DNA of 64,000 bases from Octopus sinensis (Eukaryota), in contig NC_043011.1 of assembly GCF_006345805.1 (NCBI RefSeq), positions 63,562,464 through 63,626,463 on the forward strand. The letters run 5' to 3'. Position 1 is the stretch's first letter; each line of letters begins with the position of its first letter. Positions 26,616-40,999 of this stretch are shown one piece after another. The notes beneath the pieces were generated by a model. That model searched no databases and was not told the DNA's origin. It saw nothing but the letters and a program-made list of their open reading frames with translations. The position numbers were made by a program, and so were the translations under genes.

Positions 26616-29379
26616 ACATATATATATATCGTTATATTTCGGAATGGTCATTTTGCCAGTTTAGCCAATATATATATAAAACACAAAATGGGACAAGAAT
26701 GCAAAACATCCAGGCAATCAGGTCATTCGAAAAAGAGACAAGAAAATATCCAGATAGACGATTCAAATAAAAGAAGGACGTGTCATTCGGAGTTTTCTTT
26801 CCTCAGTCGTGTTCTAGTTTTCCTTTACAATTTAGGCTGGTTATGCTCGTGATTGCTCCAAGCTGGCCAGCTCTAAGGAAAAACTAACCCAAGCGATTCC
26901 TTGGAAGAAAGCAGCGAATATATATACATATGTACATATATATATATATATATTTAGATTCATCCGAATCTAAATTTTGCTGAGCTTTTATATATATGTA
27001 TATATGAATCTGTATGTGCCTCAATGTGTGTCTGTGTGCGCGTGGGCGCTTGATGATTTTTTGATGATTATAAATACATTCAACATAGTACTAGTACTTA
27101 GGTAATCGAATGTTTTGTTCACCGGATCATAAGTATATATTATTGCTGGAAAAAATTCGGTTAGCATCAAGCGAGGTGTCTTGCATCGGTTTCTGTAGGT
27201 TGTAGGTTATAAAGAAAGCTTATGTAAGCATTGCCAGGAATTTTTATGAGTATTGCTGGTTATTCAAGCGCCATGCATGTGAGAAACTATGTTCAAACCA
27301 AGTTTGTGGTAATATTTTAATAAACGTTTATGTCTTTTTTTGTTTGTTTTTTTGAAGAATTATATGATCTGGCGCAAAACAAAAAAAAAAAAAAAGGCAT
27401 ATACATTAATATTAAGGAATATTCAACAAAGAAAATGTTTTATTATAGTTCATCGTATAGCAATTTTTTTCCGACGCAAATATGAAATCATTAAAATATT
27501 TATCGTTACTTAATTTATTTTTCAGCACATATAAATTATGAAAGCATATTTCGATGTATTAGATATATCGTTGGACTGTCACAGTAAAGAAGCGTATTAC
27601 GTATATTACGTAATATACCTTACGATCGTGAAACGGAAACACCTGTTACAATAATTGTTTCAATTAAAGGAAATGAATGTTTGGAACTATATATGAATAA
27701 ACGTTGTATTTAGCACTGATAGCCACGATGAAATGTCGTCTTGGTATCTTTCTTCTCATTGCTGGTAAGTAATTACACGATAATGTATTAATTATTCTCG
27801 AGTATACCAATTCACTGCATACACGTCATTAGTACACAGACAAAACTTCGTGTAGTGTTTAACAAAAGAGAAAATACAAAAAAAATTATTTCTCTTGTTT
27901 TTCTCCGTCACAGCATATGAATGAGAAAGGAAGGGGTGAAATTCGAGGATTTTATTTTGTTTACGAATGATTAAGTGCGCGATGTGTGTGTATATGTCAC
28001 AGATAGAGTACGTGCGTCTGTGTTAATTCATACGCCATGACATTTATTATATGTGTGTGTATTATGTATATGTGTTGACGTCAGGGAAGCCATGTTTCTA
28101 TTTTCGTCAATGCTTTGGTCAATGCGTCGGTCACACGCTACACAGGTTATTTCCAAGCAGTGCTGTAAGCAGGGGGAGTGAACCAGAACGATAATACTTA
28201 GTGTGTGTGCACAGCAGAGATCAAGGTCGGGCTGTGTCAAGCAGCTTCACTATGCAGGCTTTAGCTTCGTTACTATGATAACAGATCAATATTTATTGAT
28301 CAGATCTAATATAGATGCACCTGCGTATTCATGACATAAATGCGTCTGTATACATGGGTTTAGTTTTACCCTTGAATATCAATAATCGTAGCGAGATATC
28401 ACATTATATGAAGATTATGAAATATATTCATTGAAGTGTTTCAAACATTTATTTCAATGCAGCTTACTATTGAGTCTTTCTTAAGAACATGCAACAAATA
28501 CTTACCGAGGTCGCCCTCATTTATAAATTGTTTAATATATATGGTCATGGAAGGAAGAAAAACCTCTGAGAAACATCGGCCAAGTGCTTATGAATGTAGA
28601 AAATATGCATCGGTTAATGGTTGCAGTCCAACGAAAGTTATATATAAACACGTAATTTGCTCTTGGGATGATAGAGAAAATATATCTGAAGTGACCATCA
28701 CCTTGAAACGACTATATATATGTTTTGGAAGTCATACTGAATTCACTGAAAGCAAGAGCTTGGAAGAAGTCAATCAATCTCAAGGACATAAACACCATGC
28801 TTCACAATGCTTCTAAATTATGGAATATTAGTAAAAATATGATGGGTAAATATGGGATATTTTGGAGTAACAGCCACGGGAGGATAGAAAAAGGAAATAG
28901 GAAGAAACTGGAAGCGGAGATGTTTTTCTTTCCTGTTATTTCATAATTTTATTTCATTATATCCGCTTACGTATATATTTTAAAATTAGTGGTTCAATTC
29001 CTCAAACGTGAAAGAGCACATTTTTAAATCTTGGTCATCTACCAATACAGGGAAGAGAATATAAGGTTTTGAAATATTTAATGTTTTCTTATATAATGGA
29101 CATTGAGAGGTGGGTGTTACAATTGATTTTTACAGATGATGGATACGAAATGATTTTTGCATTTTAAAAGTATATAATTTTCGAATATAATTTTTGTTAG
29201 TCAATGTGACAAGATCAGTAGACACCTTAGGGGGCACCCGAAAAACCCAAACTACTCCGGTAGTCATAGGAACACAAGGTGTCATAAAGGAGGATGTACT
29301 AAAGGTTTAGAAAACACACCCAGTAAAACCATAAATATTTGTCTTTGTAATTCATGTAAAAACAATTGCCCCTCATAGA

Positions 29380-29800
29380 ACCCAAAAGCCTCAAAAACGG
29401 TGGAACTGATAGTCAACTATGTCCTGCATTTTCTTCTCATTCAAAGAGAATTCTAGTTACCAAACTTGAATGTAAATGTCCTGCAAATTAATTAAGCATG
29501 TACTATTTGATTAAATAAAATATTTGTACTTCATGAATTTCACGCCTATGAGACAAATAATCAACACCTTGTGGTTTTCAGTTTATTTCTTGGAATCAGG
29601 CCAGAATTCAGCGTTTCAATCTAGGATGCCTTCTGCAATATTTACTGAAAACTATAGATCAATACAAGGTCTTTTATACGAAATTTAACTTTGCAGGTGT
29701 TGATGCGCTGACCCAGTTTTGTAGGGACACATCCAAAGAACTTTGCCCTGAAATCCTCCAAAAATATCCTATAACTAAACCGGATAGGAACTATTGCAAG
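29380..29800 (-). mobile_element. Decayed Tc1-like transposase fragment
   Basis: Frameshifted FW.ISG....and FQ...-like segments in DDE order; weak. Confidence 0.4.
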
Positions 29801-30169
29801 TATAAAATATCTTATAACTTATCTTTATGTTATTTGTTACTCACAATATTTGCATATTCATTCAAAGAGGCGATGATAAAATCGGTATCGCCTTTTAATT
29901 TCTAATATTTCTGAGACCGATTGAGAAAACACCAAAATTTCAGCAGAATGAATTTAATTAAAGAAACCCGTTATATAATTAAAGGCATACGATTTAAAAA
30001 CTAAGAAAAGGCAGCAGAGGGTGTCAACCAATAGGGTAGCTTTATATTGTTACTAAGAAATATTGTTTACTATCATATCTGATTTCTGATTAACTATAAT
30101 TACACATCTTTAGGATTAAGAAGGAGGTTGACCAAATATAACAATTGTACGAGTCGACCCAGTGCATTC

Positions 30170-30420
30170 CACTTAGCAGCTAGGCTTATTCGGCTCGCGA
30201 TCGTAAGATTGCGGGTTCAAATCTCGGCATTTCGATGTGTTTCGATCAAAACTCTTTATTTCACGTTTCTCTAGTTCACTCAGCTGGAAAGATTGATGCA
30301 TACCTATAATTAAATGGCCAGCCTGGTCACATTTCCTGTAACACTGAAGCACCCTGAAAACTACGTCAGTGGTACACGAGTCTGTGGTGGACTCAACAAC
30401 TTGCACGTTAATTTTACGAG
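30170..30420 (+). mobile_element. Old tRNA-derived SINE
   Basis: ttagcagctagg..cgcgatcgtaagattgcgggttcaaatctcggc head, then ctttatttcacgtt.ct..agttcactcagctg core; related to 59350-59632. Confidence 0.5.
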
Positions 30421-31214
30421 CGCAGACTGTTTTGCAGGTCGGATCATCTGGAACACTTGTCGTAACCGACAGATTTCCAGTTTTAATATGGGCAGATGTT
30501 TATTCTGTTAATTCCAGAGGAGAATTCCAGTTACACTTCAAAGAATTTATCTACACATGCACACAATATAAATAATGCCTAATATTCCAAACTCCTGTTT
30601 GTTTTACCATCTCTTGTTCTATCAAGCAGCAGTGTACAAATAATCTAAAATATTGCCAATATTTTCGATTATAGATTTTTGAAATGACAATCTCACGTTG
30701 AGTGTTACGTAGCAAGAAGTAATCCAAGGTCGTGTGTTGAGACTTGATGAAATATTCAATAACTTACAAGAATGTTGGATTTACATGAAATTTATGTAGA
30801 GTATCTGAGCTGACAGAAAATATTTGTGCCAGAAAGATGATAGGCTCACTAACATACACTTCATCTAGCTGCTTGAAAGATTAATTAATTTCTTAACAGT
30901 AAGGAGAAAATAGTGTCAGGGAAAAGGTTGCTGCATTTTGAGAAACACACAGGCATCTCATCAAATATTGTGAAATATGTAGACCCTATATCACCTGTGT
31001 TATTTAATTGTTCTTCCACTATGTAATGTCGCCTGACGTACTTTTAATTTTTCAGACGCGTAAAACTGATAGTGGAATGTTATGCAACAATCTTTGAGCA
31101 GTGTGGAGTTGAATACAAAATAGAGTATATCGTTGAATGTGATCGTAAGTGTATGTTTTGTTTTGTTTTCGACATAACACACCCTCGTTCCTAACTGTCA
31201 CTGACAAGTTTTCC

Positions 31215-31700
31215 TTATTTTCGTCTCAGTATCTCGTTAAGCTCTCGAGTTGATATGCACCAAGTCGTCCACACTTATCATTCCCTTTCCTCCATTTGCT
31301 TTCTCCATGTATAGACGATCTGTGACTGCAAGTGGATGATTGGCTCCATGCATTGTTAGGAGCTTTCTTCACGTCCTGTCCATCTGCTTTAGCTCGCTCT
31401 CTGTCTACTTCAAGATTCCCACGCCATCTTTTTTATTACTACGACAGTAATGTATCTGGCATTCAAATTTGAAATCAGTATTTTTCTAACTCACCGCAGG
31501 TACACTGTTTTTCTTTTTCCCTTCATGTCGTGGTGTTTGCTTGAATCCAACTTAGGTGTTCCCAGGTATGTACAGTTGTATTGAGGTTGAATTATCTACA
31601 TCACATCACCACTTGGCAACCTTCTGTCCTGGCAAGCTTCCCTCGTCTCAGCACCATCTTAGCACAGTTTGTGAGTCCAGATTACTTCTTCATTTCACTG
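31215..31700 (-). mobile_element. Older R4/Dong-type LINE RT C-terminal fragment
   Basis: GLTNCAKMVLRRGKLARTEG..Y.YLG..KLDSSKHHDMK..Y.R.VRKILIS.LNA..W......DRK..KLLT.HGA.HP. Confidence 0.7.
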
Positions 31701-31864
31701 GGGAAAATACGCATAGACAGGAGGAGGTTGTCTAGTATTTGTGAATAGTTTCAGGTCGTCCATTAATAGCAGCTGGTTCCGTTTTCCTTTATCTCTTTCC
31801 AGATCATACACCAACGTTTTTTCCTGTAGTATTTCACTGAAGGGGATCATTCCCAGCACGAATA

Positions 31865-32021
31865 GTATTGATCTAACTCGTCTATGATATTCTTTTTTTT
31901 ATTTTCTCTTTCATTTGTGTGTGTTGTGTCTTATCTAGTTCATGGATTCCTAAGTATTTGTAAGTTTGGCTTTGGTCTAATTCTTTTATTTCATTGGTTT
32001 TATCTAGTGTGATGTTGCTAC
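31865..32021 (-). mobile_element. R4/Dong fragment paralogous to 33638-33788
   Basis: Shared string ttgatctaactcgtctatgata...cctaagtatttgtaagtttggctttggtcta...gatgttgcta; the 5' end abuts (TAA)n. Confidence 0.75.
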
Positions 32022-32039
32022 TCATTATTATTATTATTA

Positions 32040-32103
<64 letters not shown>

Positions 32104-32169
32104 ATTATTATTATTATGATTATTTTTATTATTACAATTATTATTACAATTATTATAATTATTATTATA

Positions 32170-32236
<67 letters not shown>
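32022..32236. repeat. (TTA)n array (3' tail/target of the R4/Dong element)
   Basis: Direct sequence. Confidence 0.97.
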
Positions 32237-32237
<1 letters not shown>

Positions 32238-32238
<1 letters not shown>

Positions 32239-34390
32239 TAGTTTTATTTTTATAGCGTGCTTTCAATTCACTACCGAGCGCAGCTCTGTGTGCCTTGGGT
32301 ATGTGCTGTGATTTGTTGTGATTCTCTGATGGTTATTGTATGGAAAGTGTTCTGCGTATGATGTGTGCGGTGCCTAGTAGTGCAATTTTCTGTATGTTTT
32401 ATGTGTGTGTAAGTCCTGGTGTTTTAGTTATGTATTTGTCTGAATATTTTTTTATCATGCCTAATGCACCTACTATGCTAGGAATTGTTTCTGTTTTTAG
32501 ATTCCACATTCTGGTTACCTCTATTTCCAGGTCTTTGTATTTTGAAAGTTTCTCCATTTCTTATAGAGAAACATTGTCATCTGCAGGTATTGATACGTCA
32601 ATTAGAAAGCATTTTTTTTTCTTCATGATCTCTGACAACTATATCTGCTCTGTTGGCCTTAATTTCTCTATCTGTGTGTATCGGCATATCCCAGAGTATG
32701 GTTGCTTTCTCGTTTCTCTGTGACCGTTTCTGGCGTGTGCCTATACCATCTTTTTTCTGTTGTTATTCCATAATGTTGGCATAGCTTCCAGTGTATATAG
32801 GTTCCAACTCTGTCATGTCTGTGAATATATTCCTTCTTAGACAGGACTGGGCAGCCAGAGATAATATGATTTATTGTTTCTTGTCCATCTCCACATATTC
32901 TGCAGTTACTTGTTATATTTCTTTTCATTACATGTTTTTAGTAATTTCTGGTGGGGAGGCTTTGTTCTTTTGCTGCAATTAAAAATCCCTCTGTCTCTGC
33001 CTTGAGTCCTGAGCTTCTCAACCATTGCTGGGATTTTTGTTTGTCTATTTCTTTTGCATTTAGTTTAGTTCAGTATTTATCATGAAGGACCTTTTCTAGA
33101 CATCGTTTTATCATGGTTCTTTGCTGTTCTAATTTTAGTTTGGATTTCATTTGTTTTATAGCTTTTGTTGTTTCTTCTTCTTCTTCTTTTCTTCTTCTTC
33201 TTCTTCTTCTTCTTCTTCTTCTTCTTCTTCTTCTTCTTCTTCTTCATATTTATTAGGTGGTATGATTTCTTGTTTGTATTTGTCAGCTTCCTTTTATACC
33301 GAGTACAGTTTTTTGTTTTGCACGTGTTTTGCCGCTATTTATATCAGTTTTCCTTCCTTCTGAAGTAGAAAATTTTGCAGTCCTACGGTGGTTATTTTAT
33401 AGTAGATTTCCAGCTGTATAAGGCCTCTACCACCTTCTATACGTTGTATATATAGTCTTTCTATGTCAGACTTTGGGTGATGCATCCTATATCCTGTCAT
33501 TATTTTTCTTGTTTTCCTATCAATTTTGGTCAGTTCATTTAGTGTCCAGTTAAGGTTATTGTAGCTGTAACTTATAACTGGGACAGCTAAAGTGTTAATA
33601 CCTATTATCTTGTTTTTAGTATTGAGCTCTGTTTTTGGTATTGATCTAACTCGTCTATGATATTTTTTTTCTCTTTCATTTGCGTGTGTTGTGTCTTATC
33701 TAATTCAGGAATTCCTAAGTATTTGTAAGTTTGGCTTTGGTCTAGTTCTTTTATTTCATTGATTTTATCTAGTCTGATGTTGCTATTCTTAACTAGTTTT
33801 CCTTTTTTCATGGTTATTTTGGCGCATTTTTCTAATCTAAATTTCATATCTATTTCTTTGTTAAATCCATGAACTCTCTTTAATAGTGTTTCCAGCCGTT
33901 TGTCATTTGCAGCGTATAGGTGCATCCATATATAGGTCATCCATATATAAAAGGTGGCTGATCGTTTTTGCCGTAACATTTATTTCCGCATCCAGTTCTA
34001 TTTAGCATATCAGATAGAGGTGACAGTGCCAAGGAAAAGGAGTGGAGAGAGCGTGTCTCCCTGGAATATTCCTCTTCTAATGGGAATGGCTTTTGGTTTT
34101 CATGAGTCCCTCTTTTGGAGCTGTAGCAATGTTTGCCATTTATTCATAGAGTGTCGTATGAATTTTATAATTATTGGTGCTACTTTGTTAATGGCTAGTG
34201 TCTCGAAGATCCATGTGTGTGGGATGATATCAAACGTCTTTTTGTAGTCGATCCAGGCCATATTGAGGCCTTTCTTCTCTCTTTGGCTCTCTTCAGTTAT
34301 GGCTTTATTAACCATTAGTTGATCTTTACAGCCATATGAGCTTTTGTGGCATACTTTCTGCTCTTCTGGAAACATGTTGTTTTCGTCCAT
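32238..34390 (-). mobile_element. 5'-truncated R4/Dong LINE (RT, CCHC knuckle, REL endonuclease, 3' UTR); frameshifted, with an internal (TTC)n
   Basis: EQK.C.K.SYGCKDQL..AWIDYKK.FD.IPH.WI; GIFQGDTLSP; KCAKITMKKGK..YKYLG; CRICGDGQETINHIISGC; LIDVSIP..EKLSKY.DLEIE..W.LKT.TIP..VGALG; ALLGTAHI. The 3' end reads ctactg(aat)n. Confidence 0.92.
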
Positions 34391-34412
34391 TATAATAATT
34401 ATTATTATTATT

Positions 34413-34965
34413 GAGTGAGAGAGCAGTGCATGCCATCAAAGTGGCACTGGAGTAAAATATACGAAGCCCAGCATACCCATCATGACTACCCGTCTGATAA
34501 AGGTACACCAGGCACATGCATCACAACCATATGTGCGCGACATGGTGATCTCATATCAAGATAAACAGCACATGACCTTGCAGGTGGGGCCCAGTTAGAA
34601 TTTTCTTCAGGTCGAGTAGACCATCCTGCTCAAAAGGTCCCTGAATAAGGGTTGCTTTAGGATGTTGAACGAAACACCTATGTTTCCAGAGGTGAATTAT
34701 TCAAACTCCAAAGAATCACTTTCAACACATGGCTATGATGCTCCCCCACTACTTCTGCTCCTGATCAGAGATGCACATATCGTCAGCCACTAAGGGACAT
34801 GCACAACTGGTCATGGTCAAACAACTGACAAGCAAATCTGTGGTATTGAGCAAAATATTTGCTGTAGCCCATCTTTTATACCAAGACAAAACAATGTACA
34901 TGATAACACTTCCAATCAGTTAAGATCAGAAGCCATGAGAGCCACTGCCTGGTACTGCATCAGGG
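34413..34965 (-). mobile_element. ~550-bp non-coding interspersed element flanked by (TAA)n on both sides
   Basis: GC-richer block between two TAA arrays; a diverged piece recurs at 61530-61600 next to another TAA array. Confidence 0.7.
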
Positions 34966-34969
34966 CATT

Positions 34970-34989
34970 TATTATTATTATTATTATTA

Positions 34990-35042
<53 letters not shown>

Positions 35043-35097
35043 ATTATTATTATTATTATTATTACCATTATTTACATTATTATTATTATTATTATTA

Positions 35098-35151
<54 letters not shown>

Positions 35152-35199
35152 TATTATTATTATTCATTATTAATATTATTATTATTATTATTATTGTTA

Positions 35200-35264
<65 letters not shown>

Positions 35265-35270
35265 TATTTA

Positions 35271-35303
<33 letters not shown>

Positions 35304-35305
35304 CA

Positions 35306-35360
<55 letters not shown>

Positions 35361-35375
35361 TATTATTTTTATTGT
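34970..35375. repeat. (TTA)n microsatellite
   Basis: Direct sequence. Confidence 0.98.
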
Positions 35376-36211
35376 TGTTATTAGTGTGATAGTATTACCT
35401 TTTACTTCGTAAATTTCTTTTAATTCAGTTAATTTTTATTTTGATATAATGTAAAATCCCAATGTTTTAATCTCAGTTCGAATTTTAATCCGTAATCAAT
35501 TTAATGGCTTAAAATTTTAAATCTCATTTAAGGAGGTTAATTTGAAATCATATCCAGCTTCCAATATCATTTAATTTTCAGCAACTCAACTCGACTTTAT
35601 ATTATTTCAACCTCACATGTGTCAACTTATCGTTGCATATTATCCTAGCTAACCAAAAGTTTCTAAACCTCTCCATTATAATATGGTTGCTAATGATATT
35701 AAGTTCATTTTATATAACAAATCCGCAACTATGTATGATGCTACTAAATACCCAATATATTAGGTTAAGTTTACTATGTGTGTAAATGATCCTTTATTCG
35801 GCGAATATCTAGTCAAAAATCAATGTAAATATGTTCATGTGTTTTGACTTGACTAATTATTTTTCCTGACTTTTCCTTTGAAAACTTTCGGTCATCCTAC
35901 CCCACTGCTACTGAGTGACCCATTCTTCTATTCTTTGTATTCCACTTGTGTCTTTCGTTCCCTTCCGATGCACGTACTATTCCTTCAATGTTCTGCTTTG
36001 TTATAACCAGAAATGGCTACACGAAAATAGTATTAATTGATTTAGGTCGGTCAATTTTTCTCAACTGTTCAATAGTCCAGTTGATTAAAAGTATCTATAA
36101 CCTACCTATAATGACTACTGGAAACAGTTGTAGCCAAATCTAATCTAATAAAGAAAATGGAATATTATCATCATTTATACGTTGTCCGATCTCTCTCGCT
36201 CTTTTTCTCTC

Positions 36212-36283
<72 letters not shown>

Positions 36284-36299
36284 TATATTGTTTAATGAA

Positions 36300-36600
36300 T
36301 ACATACTTTTATGAGCATCAACTTATAGTGTCATGTGAGAAAGACGTCTCATACCACATCTTATACCACGTCTGGTGGCTTCATGCAACTCTGAGGCAAA
36401 TCTCACTTGGCATATACAAGAGAAAACAATACAAAGTACAATATAACAGAAGGAAATACACGGGACGAGAAGATAGAAGCACAAGGTGGAAGGCTGAAAA
36501 TACCTTATGTCAAGGGATCAGAAAATGCATGCTATGCGTGGCTGAAAGTTTGCATGATCTATATAACACTACTGAATTCCAGATCTGAAGAAATTTGAGC
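36300..36600 (+). mobile_element. Decayed Penelope-like RT/thumb remnant
   Basis: ..CEKDVSYHIL..LGIYKRK...QYN and LKIPYVKGSEN resemble PLE E.E....PFLD..VYRK and LPYV.G.SE. Confidence 0.5.
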
Positions 36601-37063
36601 GGATGAAATCATATGGATGTCTTCCTGATGGTAAATTGGAAAATACCACCCCCTCCGAAATAAGCAGCTGAACCCAAATCTCTAGATCCCCATTCATTCA
36701 GCCTTATTCTGTCTTTCCAGTCAAAAGTGACATAAACGTCATTCCCTCGTTTGGTTGTCTTCATTTATCTGTTTACCATTTTTTTTTGTTTTCAGGTGTT
36801 TTTGAAATTCTCCGATCTATTTTCCTCTTATTCCATAGACCTGTTTTAGCTTATATATGCCATGTGAGCATAATACGAGAACTGTGCGAAACCACCACTT
36901 GATGCTCTCATCGCATCAATATATGACGTACCTTTGAATTGGTTATACCTTCAAACACAAACACAAAAACACACACATATTAGAATTGACTGTAACAAAC
37001 CGTAGATATCTTATCTTCACGATATTCATACCAAATTATTGGCTCCAATAATTTCTTTTCCAG

Positions 37064-37383
37064 GTAATTCATATAAAGAGATTCCGAGATCAAGAATACC
37101 TAGAGATAAATTGATACCTCCTCCTCCTCCTCCTCCTAAAGCTGCTCCCAATCAACAAATCCAATCCACAACCAAAACCAAAACCAAAACCAAAACCAAA
37201 AATGGGGCCATCACAACAACTAAGAGAACTTTCACTCATCGAATCATCAGAACTACGATTCCGCCTGTCAAAAGTACTCGATGGGGCTGCATGAAATATG
37301 TGTTTTACCTTTTATATGCGCCTTGCATTAAAGGATATCACGTACATACCCACTCTCAGACATTACGTACATTCCCACTCTAA
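37064..37383 (+). CDS. Candidate host exon, Pro/Thr/Lys-rich (unverified)
   Basis: Acceptor tttcttttccag| at 37063, then an open frame [47 protein letters not shown]; no recognisable domain. Confidence 0.25.
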
Positions 37384-37443
37384 GTAACTTCAAAGTATTT
37401 AATAAGCTGCGAATCATATACATACACATATACATACATAATA

Positions 37444-37720
<277 letters not shown>

Positions 37721-38254
37721 TGTCATATTGCTTTTCGTTAATGACAACTAATTTCTTCTCAATGAAATAGATAATGTTAAGTCCTGAACTACTGAAATCT
37801 AAGCGAGGTGATTGTTCAATTCCAACATAAATAAACAAGATAATATTGTCACCAAAGTGGAAATATATTAGTATTTGTGTGTCTTTATATGATATCCGCA
37901 ATATTCGCCTACTAGCTGTATATCATATTGATATTACTAGAATGTCCACAGTAATCATTTCTGGTGACGCCTGCATTTTTGACTAAACACTGGAACTATG
38001 TTATTAATTAATATGTGAAAGGCGTGTGCAATTTTTAACTGTACAATTTTCTAGTGAGGCCATTAGGACGAACATCCAATGTCAAAATCAACCCTCATCT
38101 GTTAAAACTTTAGTAAAATTGTACTCTAATAAAACGCAATAAATAATATTTTAGTTTGATATTAAATAGGTTTTGAACCTTGTAATGGGAACAATTATGC
38201 ACATACAAAGACACATAGACAGACGCGAGCGCACACACACATACACCTATACGA

Positions 38255-38410
38255 CTAGTTTCATTTTCGTTTGTGTCTACCAAATCCATTTACAGGAACT
38301 TGGTCCGCCTGAGGGTAAAGTCGGCCAGACTTTAATAATATGCCACGCAGTGGGTCTGGACCTAAACCCATGTAGTCGGAAGGCAACCTTCTTAGAACAC
38401 AGTCACACCT
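38255..38410 (-). mobile_element. Old partial SINE (same family as 44998)
   Basis: gtctaccaaatccattt..tgccacgcagtggg..gacctaaacccatgt. Confidence 0.5.
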
Positions 38411-38885
38411 GTGGTAAGATATGTATGTATATCATTTTAAATTCATACATAAATACGTACACACACACACACACACAAGCACATACACACACACACATAT
38501 ATGTAGATCAGAAAACGAGATGATAGAGAATAAAAATGGTTATGTAACAATCTTCATTAGCAGGTGTTTATGCAATGAGATGCCATAGACTCGAGTATGA
38601 AGAGTGATTCATTTGGGAAGAAAATATTTAATTTCTGCACTGTACATGGAAGACATTACCAGAAATAAAGTTATAACTGATGTATATAAAATAAATATAT
38701 GTCCAATAAACATTAGTAACAGAAAATGTAGAAAAAATAAATACATATATACACGCTTGCACAAGCTAAAAAAATCCACGAAGACAGTCAGACAAAAATA
38801 GGGCGTACACACACACGCATATATATATATACATACATACATATATACACACACAAATATATATATATGTGTGTGTATATATATA

Positions 38886-38971
<86 letters not shown>

Positions 38972-39048
38972 TGGTATATATATGCATAAAAATATATGTA
39001 TATATATACATATATTTATATACATGTATACGCCCAGTATGTGTATGG

Positions 39049-39086
<38 letters not shown>

Positions 39087-39749
39087 AAATTCTGCTACTA
39101 TGAATATGATCATGACGTTAACAAACTGACGTGAATGACTATACGTTGCTTTTTACTTAAGTGATCACCTATAAATATTCGTACAGTTAATCAACCACCT
39201 GGGTTTTGTGGTCGACCACAAGGGAAACAAACTTAATTTCAGTCGAAATGCAGCACCATATTAGAAGTAGAGGAGAAATCGATGAAACAAAGCGGTCCGT
39301 AAAACTTTCGGTAAAGTTTGGTAAAATCCGTAAAAAACACGTACGTATAATGAAGAAACTAAATGACCAGTGGAAATGGTAAAGAAGAATAAATTATTCA
39401 AATGTTACTACATTCCAGCAATGGCATACGATTATCTTTTACGTGTTTCAATCACTAAACTACGCCAATGCTGGAGCAACCTGTTGAATAATACAGAGTG
39501 GAATGAGTCGATCTTAGCGCTTATAGATTTTAAAACCGGTAATTTATATAATGGATTGTCAAGTGGCGTCGGGAAACAAACTCTGACAAACGCTCATACA
39601 GTCAGGTACACCAACACCGCCGCCACTACGCCCATATACTCACACTTATATATACACGATTGGTTTCTATCAGAGCTTCTGTCTACCTAATGCACTCACG
39701 AGCCAAACGTGTAGCCTTGTTCTTTTCTTGTTTTGTAGATGTATTTTTC

Positions 39750-40204
39750 AGGATATATGAAACTCACGTAGAGTCCATGTGCCAAATATGATTAAGTTTG
39801 TCATAGTTTTCTCAATATGTGAAGTGATATCGATTATACTACGTCTTCGTGAGAACCGGAGAAAAGTTATAATCTTCGTAGGAGATATCAATGTGTGTAC
39901 GGAAAGTCGGTTGGTGTTCGATGTATATTTTAAGCCTGAATGTTTACAAAGAATACATTTCCCTCTCAGCATCAATTATAATGTTCTGAAGTGTTGACAT
40001 GTGTGTTTGCTTTGGCTGCGGTTACACATGTAAAGCAAGACACTGGGGAATTTATAAAATTCTTTTAGAGGCCAACCTGTGCCACTGACATTTTTCTTTG
40101 ACATTTTCCCTGTATTTTTTGGTATTTTGAAATTATACGATTATGCAAATAAAACAGTTTTTTCTTTCATTTTTGCTGTTGTATAATTTATTGTCTCTTT
40201 CGCG

Positions 40205-40272
<68 letters not shown>

Positions 40273-40331
40273 ATCTATGTATATACATATACATATATAT
40301 GTATATATATCTATCTATCTATCTATCTATC

Positions 40332-40385
<54 letters not shown>

Positions 40386-40770
40386 ATGTGTGGACATATG
40401 TTCTTTCTTTGACTTCTATTTTTTTATTCTTAAGACTGTTCATGTCGTCCACAAAAAATACGAACTTGAAGAATAGTGGTATAATATAACTATCTGTCTG
40501 TCTATAGCTTATCAAACACACACCATTACATAATATATGAGTACCAAATGAAGGTCTAGAGAAGCCAGCTTGTTTTCAGTAGAGGAAACTGGATTTCTTA
40601 GTGCCTGACGAATGTAAAACAGCTGTTGAAAATAACTGTGGCTCCAAAGCTGTGACAATTTCACGTCACTAAATCCGGAAACTACTGACAGAGACGAGAA
40701 AAATAACACAGTTATATTACACTTCAAAGCAAATATATATCTGGAGGAACGACCGGTCTCTGGCAATATT
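39750..40770 (-). mobile_element. Decayed Penelope-like RT plus GIY-YIG remnant split by microsatellites
   Basis: YFQQLFYIRQALRNPVSS..LIYYVMVC (motif B/C-like), followed by CILCKHSGLKYTSNTNRL (C.C..YIG.T.R-like). Confidence 0.4.
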
Positions 40771-40999
40771 TTTCAATACAGATACAGGTATACAATGCAC
40801 GACAGAAATACACAGTCAATAGTTGCTTATGGGACGACACACAACAACACGCCAACAACACACAAAAATACTTATTTGCGGGTGTGTGTTTGTGTGCTTG
40901 TGTGTGTGTGTGTGTGTGTGTGCGTGTGTGTATGCCTGTTTTTTTCTCCCTACACGTAAATTTTTATAAAGTGCATATTCATATATACTCTTTTTTTTT

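Noticed and set aside
26775-26812. Minus-strand ctgagga...gaatgacacgtc
   Set aside because: The GAAA core is absent and stem II is weak
28436-28946. Two overlapping ORFs that look like a decayed transposase
   Set aside because: No motif could be assigned with confidence
36581-36620. ctgaaga..gaaatcatatggat downstream of a PLE remnant
   Set aside because: Stem II is unpaired and the cleavage position would be G; at most a dead relic
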